Shown here: in pieces, positions 1-6,666 of the stretch
How positions within the stretch are numbered: position 1 is the stretch's first letter
Layout of the letters: every line of letters begins with the position of its first letter
NCBI GenBank assembly: GCA_905250005.1
Contig: CAJNOH010000254.1
Coordinates: forward strand, 110,345 to 117,010
Direction of reading: 5' to 3'
DNA length: 6,666 nt
From: Rotaria sordida
Lineage: Eukaryota
Made by a program: the position numbers and the translations under genes
Notes under the pieces: model-generated
Databases searched by the model: none
What the model was told of the DNA's origin: nothing
What the model saw: only the letters and a program-made list of their open reading frames with translations

Positions 1-49
1 TAAAATAATTAAAAACGGGCTTATATTTGGATATCTTCATGATCAAAAT

Positions 50-296
50 TTTGTTTTCAAACAAAATGCATGTGATATGCAAAATTAACATAACGGCATC
101 GAATGACATAGATTTTATTACAAAATATTTTTCACCGAAATTTGATCCCTACTTCTCCGATCGCTTACACAGAGTGGTTTCGTCGCGGTGCTTGCTCGGA
201 TCAAATTTCGGTGAAAAATATTTTGTAATAAAATCTATGTCATTCGATTCCATTATGCTAATTTTGCATATCACATGCATTTTATTTGAAAACAAA
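50..296. repeat. Foldback/MITE-like inverted repeat: arms 50..148 and 198..296 (99 bp each), loop 149..197 (49 bp)
   Basis: The reverse complement of 198..296 aligns without gaps to 50..148. By hand I found 4 mismatches (positions 62, 88, 94, 97), about 95/99 identity. The inner 51 bp (98..148) pairs perfectly with 198..248. Confidence 0.93.
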
Positions 297-329
297 CTCA
301 CGTTGCGAAAATCGGATCAGTTTTAGCAA

Positions 330-345
330 TAAACCGCGGTTTACC
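330..345. repeat. TAAACCGCGGTTTACC motif, one mismatch from TAAACTGCGGTTTACC at 779..794
   Basis: Direct comparison shows 15/16 identity between copies about 449 bp apart. The core AAACCGCGGTTT (331..342) is a perfect 12 bp palindrome. Confidence 0.7.
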
Positions 346-761
346 GCTATTATTTTCGATGGAGAGAAGGTGATGAATGAGTATAGAACGAAAAATAACA
401 TGTATATACACAGGTGCTAGCTAATCTTTTGTTCATTTTGCTTGCTCGCATGGTTAGATAAAATGATGAAGTAATTAATAAGAGGCGTAGTAAAGCTTTA
501 AGTATTTTTACACATAATTTTGTCATAACTATTTTATTTTTAAAAAATAAATGTTTTTAACATGTATGGTTTTTTAATAATATTTTAATATTTAATTCTC
601 TTTTAGATTAATTTTTTTTACATTTGATTTTTTAGATTACATGTTTAAAATTTTTCGTTTGTCACTATGTACAATTTTGTTTTATTTACTTTTTTTTTTG
701 AAATAAATTTGTTTAACTGAAAAATAAGTGTTAAATTTAAAACAAATATTGACGAAACGAA

Positions 762-820
762 GGTTCGAACCATGCCATTAAACTGCGGTTTACCTCGGTA
801 TACCGGACGAAACCGCGGTT
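762..820. repeat. Cluster of short GC-rich palindromes
   Basis: GGTTCGAACC (762..771), near-palindrome AAACTGCGGTTT (780..791), CGGTATACCG (796..805) and AACCGCGGTT (811..820), in otherwise AT-rich sequence. Confidence 0.7.
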
Positions 821-1452
821 AATCGTCGGTTTTTGCCCAATTTTTATCAGATCGGTATAATTCACTAACGATAAATAAAGAAAGATGCCCAACATGAATA
901 GTCGGAATTGCCTACAATACCCATCAAGTCTAGTCTGAAACGTCTTGCATACCTATCATGACTAATGATCCGTTGGAGAAAAGTCCCTCAAGCAGATCTG
1001 AACTAGTTCAGAATGTTCCTGAACCTATTCATATACAGTTTATTTTGTCCGTCGACTCTATCCAGACTAGTCAGAAGACTAGAAAAGAAGATGAAAGGTG
1101 AATTCGAACACTCTACCCGACAATATTTATCTCGTAATGAGGAATGCTAGTTTATATATTTGAAAATTCTTAGCTGTTCTAAATTACAAAAAAAAAACTT
1201 ACCAAATAATTTAAATCTTTTTATGTCATAATTTTATATTATTTTATTTTCGATATAAATTCTAATAAGCTGAAATTCAAGATTCAATTTAAATTAAAAT
1301 AAAAGAATCTATAACTGTTAGTTGGAGATACAATCATTTAAATTTAAAATAAAAACTACAATATGAAAAATTTTGTTTCTTAAAAGTATAAATAGTTTTT
1401 TTTGTTGTTGCATTTAAAATTTATTTTTTTTAATGTAACTAATTACTCCTAG

Positions 1453-1685
1453 GTAATTCTATTCGATGATGTTATACATCAACAAATCATTTGTACTTTC
1501 AATTGTGATGTCAAAAGTATCGATGCTGCTTTCTTACGCGATGGTCAACTTGTCATTGAACATCGGATTGATGAACTCAGTGTAGAGAATGCTCGTTGTT
1601 TGTATATGTGTAGAATTGGTTATACCTGACCAATGGTGACGACAACATTCACGAACCAACATTCATATTTGAAATATATGCGTGA
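1453..1685 (+). pseudogene. Degenerate fragment resembling the C-terminal portion of an AAA+ ATPase
   Basis: Frame from 1453 reads VILFDDVIHQQIICTFNCDVKSIDAAFLRDGQLVIEHRIDELSVENARCLYMCRIGYT*. T.N followed by IDAAFLRDGQ resembles sensor 1 plus SRH (TTN...IDPALLRPGR). After a one-base frame slip the next frame (1626..1682) reads LTNGDDNIHEPTFIFEIYA*, resembling the ...P.TLAEIY tails of some such proteins. No upstream Walker A/B was found. Confidence 0.5.
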
Positions 1686-4205
1686 AATCATCTAATAAAG
1701 CTAAAAACAAGAGAACAAAATGTCTTACACAATATACGAAAATAATGTTACTAGAGTTATACGAGAAGAGTCTTATTCAGAGCCTCTCTTAAGAGACATC
1801 TACTGAATATTTCTTTTTTAATTATGAATATTAACTCAATTTGATGCTATTAATAATCAAGAATAAACGACTCCTTTATAGATAGCCTTTTCATCAAAAA
1901 TATGAGGTGCAAAGTACAGTATAAGTATCTACAAAAACAATGTATTTTTCAATCGATTGTTGTTTTTTGAATGCTAGTTAGAAAAGTTTGTTTTCTGTTA
2001 TGATATTGTAATAAGATGTTCTATGTATTTATAACATTATTAATTATTTATTCATGACTAATTTTAAGTGACATGAATAAAACTGAAAGGTTCTGTTGAA
2101 AAGTACTTTTATATAAAAAAAGTATCCTTGATCAAATTTACCCGTATCGAATAGTGATCTGCAACATAGTAGGAATGCTATTTTCCAAAGTATATTCTTA
2201 TACAGATATTAGTTTGAGAAAAACATTATAATGAAAAAAAACTGGAGCGTTAACTATTATAAATTAATCAAAGAGACTTTTTGCTTCAGATAAAATTGAA
2301 TCATATATGGAATGAAAGTACTTGTCAAAGATATCTTTGTCTTTAAAAATACGAATGAACATTTTCTTGTCTTACTCATTCGATAAATTTTCTCAAAATT
2401 TACGATACTATTGTAATTTCTCTTGGCCAGACAACATTGTCATTGTATATAAAAACTAGTGAACAAGTCGATATCAAAGATGTGCACCATAGCTTAAAAT
2501 TGCAACACGGAAAACGACGACAATCCACAGAAAGAAGTGAAAGCGATCATTACCCACGATGTTCTTAAGAGTCAACGCTATTGCATCTGCCAGTAACTGA
2601 AACTTTGTTTTTCATTAATTTTATCCTTATGTTTGGTGTTCTATAATATTTCTCGATAAGTGCTACTTCAGTTTTGAATGCTCCTTTAAGAATAACTACA
2701 TAGAGTTGAAAATACCTCGAAATAATATTCAATTAAGCAAGATGTAACCAGATATAAGTATACATATAAGATGTTCGTTTCTATCCTAACTAATGTTATA
2801 ACTAAATTTCCAGAAAGTTCGTTTCAATATGAATATAAATAGAATTCTTGTCAAACTGTGATTCACTCATTTTTGAGTTAGATCAATTTGTTATCAGAAT
2901 GATCGTTGATCAACATTGAATGCGATTTTCAATTATAAATTTAACAAATGACGATGAAGGATAGTTAGAATATAAATGGTATATCATATAGTGTAGGGTA
3001 AGTTTGAGTTTGTATCTTCTCCTGCACGCACTCATACCCTATCCCTCACGAAATTTTCAACAAACTGGTGATATCGACAATAGAGAAAGGCAAACGATAC
3101 TTTTCTTTTTTACATTCAACTTTTCTGTTATTATTTCGAAGAAAGTTTTATAGCAATCACGTTATTGATGATACGTGCCTTGTATGATCTTCACCTTGGA
3201 TGTGGGTGTGGGTGAGGACGGTGCGAATACTGACATCCACACATCTACATTCATCCTTAAGCTCAAAGATTTATTTTCAAAGATTTCTAAGAGAAGAAGC
3301 AAAAAAATAACACTAAATGAAACCATGAATTGCCATAATATCATCTTATAAAATCAAGTCAACAATTTTCATATGCTGATGAATTTTAAGATAATTACAT
3401 ACACTAACTTATCTCCATGAGAGACTTTATGTACAAAATGTAATCATAATAGTTTTCTCGATTATTAAAAAGTGATAAACATTTTAGAATGAAACAATTC
3501 ATTAACAAAACAATTTTACCACCATAAATACATTTTGTCACTGTATATATCACGTTTTATTTTCGTAAAATAGACATCGAATAGTTTCTCTAATGGAATA
3601 AAATTCTTCAGTATATCGAATTCTTTATCAAACATATTTTTGATCCATAATGAAAATAAATTATTCATAATGTAATTATTTTTCAAGATTAAAAATAATA
3701 AAACTACTAATTTTCATTGTGAGATATTGTAATCGAGGACATAAATTAACAAAGAATTTTGTTATTTCCAAACTCACACTCACAATCACACCCTGGTTTC
3801 AAAATCAAGATGATCCAATATTCAGTAAAGTAATTGAACCGGCAGCGTATTGAGTGACGGTCGGATCTTTGCGTCTATCGTCAACATATGTTTGCTCACC
3901 AACTGAAAAGAAAACGGAAGCTACATCCGTAGAACATGTGTTTTTTTTCTCGAACGCACAATATTATCGCCGTCAAATCAATATTTACCTATACTTTTCA
4001 TTACTTCCGAGGAATGATTTATACCCAAATATGATCATTTCCAAATCCATCTGGTATGTAACTGCTTAGTTTTTGTGTCTATTCTTCTTTCGTCTTCGTT
4101 GTTTTGATCGTTCGATCATAGATAATCTCATTATAGGCAAATTCATTTTATGGTGATTATTGCAAGGTAGAATCATTCATATTTCAGAGTGAGAGTATTT
4201 TTTTT

Positions 4206-4228
4206 GGGGAGGGGGAAGGGAAGGAGGA
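4206..4228 (+). other. G-rich homopurine tract, weak G-quadruplex candidate
   Basis: GGGGAGGGGGAAGGGAAGGAGG: three G-runs of 3 or more followed by two GG runs, preceded by a poly-T run. Confidence 0.5.
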
Positions 4229-4673
4229 ATTTATTGTTGGAATTTTCCTTCCTAGTATCTTCCATATTCAACTTCTACATGTCAATATGAATTATGAAAA
4301 CGTTTTTAAAAAGGACGTAGTGCATGCTCAACGATCAAGACTCGAATAAAACTATACATCGATTTGTATGTTCTAATTAAGAATTTATTTCTTGATTAAA
4401 TGAATAAATGATAAGTAAGAGAAGTGCAACCCAAATATAGAAGTTTTACCTGTTCGGACTCAGTTAGTTTAACTACGTGAACTCCCTGGCAATAATCGTA
4501 TTGACTTATTGCATGACTTCTTTTAATAATGACGATAGATTCGCTTGATTCTCTTTTTTTCACCTATTGCGAAGATTACTCCAAAATTTTCAATCAAAAT
4601 ATACCTTAAGAGTGAGAATTAAGAGAAGGCCATCATCCTCACCCCAGCCTTAACATTTGAGAGATACAAAAAC

Positions 4674-4679
4674 TTTATT
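4674..4679 (-). terminator. Candidate polyadenylation signal AATAAA downstream of the WbsX-like gene
   Basis: Plus strand has TTTATT (in aactttattc), so the minus strand reads AATAAA about 84 nt past the stop codon. Confidence 0.4.
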
Positions 4680-4762
4680 CTTCTACAAGAAAAAAATCCG
4701 AAAATTTTTTGGATTAGTTATTTGATTCGTTTTTGAAGCACTTGTATATATAGAGGTTCTGA

Positions 4763-5090
4763 TTAACAGTACAATGGAAGTATCTTCGATAAAGCATCAA
4801 CGTAGAAAGTACCATTTCCTAGCGTAGGAATAAGAGGAGCACCATTTTCGCTATTTTCGTTCCATGCATAGACGAGTATCGTCTGCGCCTCAGCTGTCTC
4901 ATTATATTGACAAGTAAAGTTGATCGCTGTCTTAAAGAATTGTTGCAATTCTTCGCCAGTAGGTTGAAAATAATGCTCTGGTCCTTCAATGAGCCATGGC
5001 ACAGGATTTTCATAGCGTGGCCGGGCATCCCAACCAGTAGGAACGATCGGTACCATTTTTGCTTGGACGTCATGAGCAGATTGCCACCAT
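4763..5090 (-). CDS. Terminal exon 4 of the WbsX-like gene
   Basis: Acceptor TGATAATAG|ATGG. Includes provided ORF 4763..5056(-) extended upstream by QWWQSAHDVQAK; ends YVDALSKILPLYC* with TAA at 4765..4763. Confidence 0.87.
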
Positions 5091-6277
5091 CTATTATCAT
5101 ATCAGTTCGTTAGAATATTTTTACGAAATGCACACAACTTACTGTTGAGCAGTATGAACTAGGTCGATGAACGGTGAGCCCTGAAATCAATGAAATGCTT
5201 TAGTCTATATTGTTATAGATCAATATGTCTACCTCGATGGTTCCACCGGGTAAAGCGTACATCGAAATTGCGTCGAATCCGAGAAGGGCGGCATGAGCTT
5301 GCACAGTTGGAACTTGAAAGTCCATCAAAACCATGTATGGATTTTGTAGTCCTATGGTAAAAAGACAAATAAGCTATATGTATCATCAATGGTCAGATAG
5401 AGCATGTTTCATTTTTCCTATCAGAAGAACTATTTTTTTTTACTGATACTACAGCAATAATAATAATAATAGAGAAGCAAATTCTGTATCGTAAGGTATT
5501 CTTTCTCACAGTTGTTGAGTATGTTATAATCCTATCAGAATTCCATATATATTACTCAGTCTGTTTCCAAGTCTAATTATGCCCATACTATTACAATTCA
5601 CCTCGATTTATGGCCATCTGTCGAAACCTATTAAATACTTCTCTACTTCCAGACCATCCACCTCCACAAAGATTGGCTTCTGCATCGTCGAATTGAAATA
5701 AATACAGAAGTGGACGACCTCCTAATACAGTTTGAAATTGAGGATGTACCATGAGTTCAAGATAACTCTCTTGAAAAGCAGAATCACATGGAGAAGAACC
5801 TAACAAGAGAAGAGTGAACTTGATTAGAGAGTTATATTGACTCGAAAGGTATCGATGTAAGCCGTATGCAGGATTTCGAGGACAATATTGATTTGCGATC
5901 TGTAAATATTCAGCACAAAATGTCGAGTTGGTAGTACAGTTGGGCCCATATGTACAATATGTATCGAAAGCCCAATAGTCGAGACCTGCATGTTTCGCAT
6001 AGAGTATCTCTTGATCCATTACACTCTGCAGATCTGCATTGTACGAAGTGTTCGTAGGAGAGAGAACTGTTGCAAAAAACGGTAGCCGATAATGGAACTT
6101 TTCAGGACTTAAACATCGATGAGAATAGAAGGAGATGGGATCGTATTGGCCGTCGAACAAATTCCAGGCATCCCAGCGGATGACTCCAACTGTTGGATGA
6201 GTGTCTTGATTGGCTTGAGAAGCGGTGAAAAACAACAAAAGCAATATTATATGGAAGAATTCAAAACAGTGTACCAT
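4763..6277 (-). CDS. Secreted WbsX-like / GH99-like TIM-barrel domain protein, four exons: join(6277..5602, 5351..5233, 5180..5143, 5090..4763), 386 aa
   Basis: I joined the exons by hand at GT-AG introns with the frame kept throughout: 676+119+38+328 = 1161 nt = 386 codons + TAA. Junctions read ...QMAINR-G|LQNPYMVLMDFQ..., ...LPGGTIE|GSPFIDLVHTAQ..., ...VHTAQ-Q|WWQSAHDVQAKMVPIVPTGWDARPRYENP.... The N-terminus (MVHCFEFFHIILLLLFFTASQA) is signal-peptide-like. Family-like motifs are VGVIRWDAWN, HAGLDYWAFDTY, GRPLLYLFQ, PIVPTGWDARPRY and ILVYAWNENSENGAPLIPTLGNG. Family assignment comes from recalled motif patterns, not a database search. Confidence 0.87.
5143..5180 (-). CDS. Exon 3 of the WbsX-like gene (38 bp micro-exon)
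   Basis: Acceptor TTGATTTCAG|GGC; donor CAACA|GTAAGT. Encodes GSPFIDLVHTAQ and joins in frame to QWWQSAHDVQ. Flanked by two 52 bp introns (5181..5232 and 5091..5142). Confidence 0.82.
5233..5351 (-). CDS. Exon 2 of the WbsX-like gene
   Basis: Acceptor TTTTTACCATAG|GAC; donor ATCGAG|GTAGAC. Encodes GLQNPYMVLMDFQVPTVQAHAALLGFDAISMYALPGGTIE, in phase with exon 1. Confidence 0.83.
5602..6277 (-). CDS. Exon 1 of the WbsX-like gene (signal peptide and N-terminal part of the barrel)
   Basis: Lies inside provided ORF 5591..6337(-). First ATG of that ORF is at 6277..6275. Donor reads AATCGAG|GTGAAT at 5602/5601; without splicing the ORF stops at once (RGEL*). Confidence 0.85.
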
Positions 6278-6313
6278 CTGAAATGTTGTTGTATATCTCG
6301 AGAAGATGAATGC

Positions 6314-6335
6314 GATGCGAACTATCGTTCTTATC
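6314..6335. repeat. 22 bp direct repeat, copy 1 (GATGCGAACTATCGTTCTTATC)
   Basis: Matches 6399..6420 (GATGCGAACTATTGTTCTTATC) at 21/22 positions; copies are offset by 85 bp. Confidence 0.75.
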
Positions 6336-6398
6336 ACAGTTAGAAGGGTGAGTAACTAAAACAAAAACAGGACCATGTATACTTCTGGAGGTGGATAA

Positions 6399-6420
6399 GA
6401 TGCGAACTATTGTTCTTATC
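6399..6420. repeat. 22 bp direct repeat, copy 2 (GATGCGAACTATTGTTCTTATC)
   Basis: Matches 6314..6335 at 21/22 positions. Confidence 0.75.
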
Positions 6421-6666
6421 TTTCTGAGTGAAGTATCGTGCCCTGTGGATTCACTCTCACCACGTGATCATGTTTATTGCTACTATTACAAAGGCTGAAA
6501 GTTCTCTAGGGTATCGCCAACATTTTATCAACAAAACATGCAGTACTAAGTTGCTGTTATTGTTATTCTACTAACTAATAAAAGTAGTAAAAACGAGTAC
6601 ATTTCTTTTCAAATCTGAAAATTATTATCAGAAATGAAAAATAATTCTATTTCAGGAGACCCATTC

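Noticed and set aside
27-326. Provided ORF of 99 aa on the plus strand
   Set aside because: It spans both arms of the 50..296 inverted repeat and shows no domain signature; open by chance.
2375-2577. Plus-strand open stretch without a good start (...YDTIVISLGQTTLSLYIKTSEQVDIKDVHHSLKLQHGKRRQSTERSESDHYPRCS*)
   Set aside because: No start codon, no clear splice sites and no family resemblance.
3162-3344. Minus-strand ORF of 60 aa with a hydrophobic segment
   Set aside because: Short, AT-rich and without a recognisable motif. The hydrophobic stretch (IFLLLLLEIF) comes from low-complexity gaagaagcaaaaaaat-type sequence.
3854-4069. Plus-strand ORF of 71 aa
   Set aside because: No recognisable family, contains a homopolymer-encoded FFF stretch, and overlaps an equally plausible antisense open frame.
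4819-5113. Minus-strand ORF 4819..5100 and plus-strand ORF 4907..5113
   Set aside because: Both overlap exon 4 of the WbsX-like gene in other frames; no independent coding support.
6278-6337. Use of the full provided ORF 5591..6337(-), adding 20 N-terminal residues (MIRTIVRIAFIFSRYTTTFQ)
   Set aside because: The codon at 6337..6335 is GTG, not ATG. The first real ATG is at 6277 and gives a clean signal peptide. A eukaryotic gene would not normally initiate at GTG.
6119-6343. Plus-strand ORF of 74 aa antisense to exon 1
   Set aside because: Shadow ORF opposite a well-supported coding exon.
1-6666. CRISPR array, tRNA/rRNA gene, defence-system operon or other prokaryotic-style system
   Set aside because: I saw no regularly spaced repeats, no cloverleaf-forming tRNA-like sequence and no operon of adjacent ORFs. 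Intron structure and composition indicate eukaryotic DNA.

Overview
The window is AT-rich eukaryotic DNA. Compact 52 bp GT-AG introns, one secreted WbsX-like protein and mostly non-coding flanks suggest an invertebrate, perhaps a bdelloid rotifer; the lineage is inference only. The one feature I can reconstruct with high confidence is a four-exon minus-strand gene at 4763..6277. Its ATG is at 6277..6275 and its stop at 4765..4763. It encodes a ~386 aa predicted secreted protein with the hallmarks of the WbsX / GH99-like TIM-barrel family (VGVIRWDAWN..., GLDYWAFDTY, PTGWDARPRY, YAWNENSENG...L.PT). Other supportable items are: (i) a near-perfect 99 bp inverted repeat with a 49 bp loop at 50..296, a foldback/MITE-like element; (ii) a cluster of short GC-rich palindromes at 762..820, with an outlying copy at 330..345, embedded in very AT-rich DNA; (iii) a short decayed fragment resembling the C-terminal part of an AAA+ ATPase (sensor 1 / second region of homology) at 1453..1685; (iv) a 22 bp direct repeat at the 5' end of the WbsX-like gene; (v) a G-rich homopurine tract near 4206. 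I found no convincing evidence of a new multi-gene system, CRISPR array or RNA gene.
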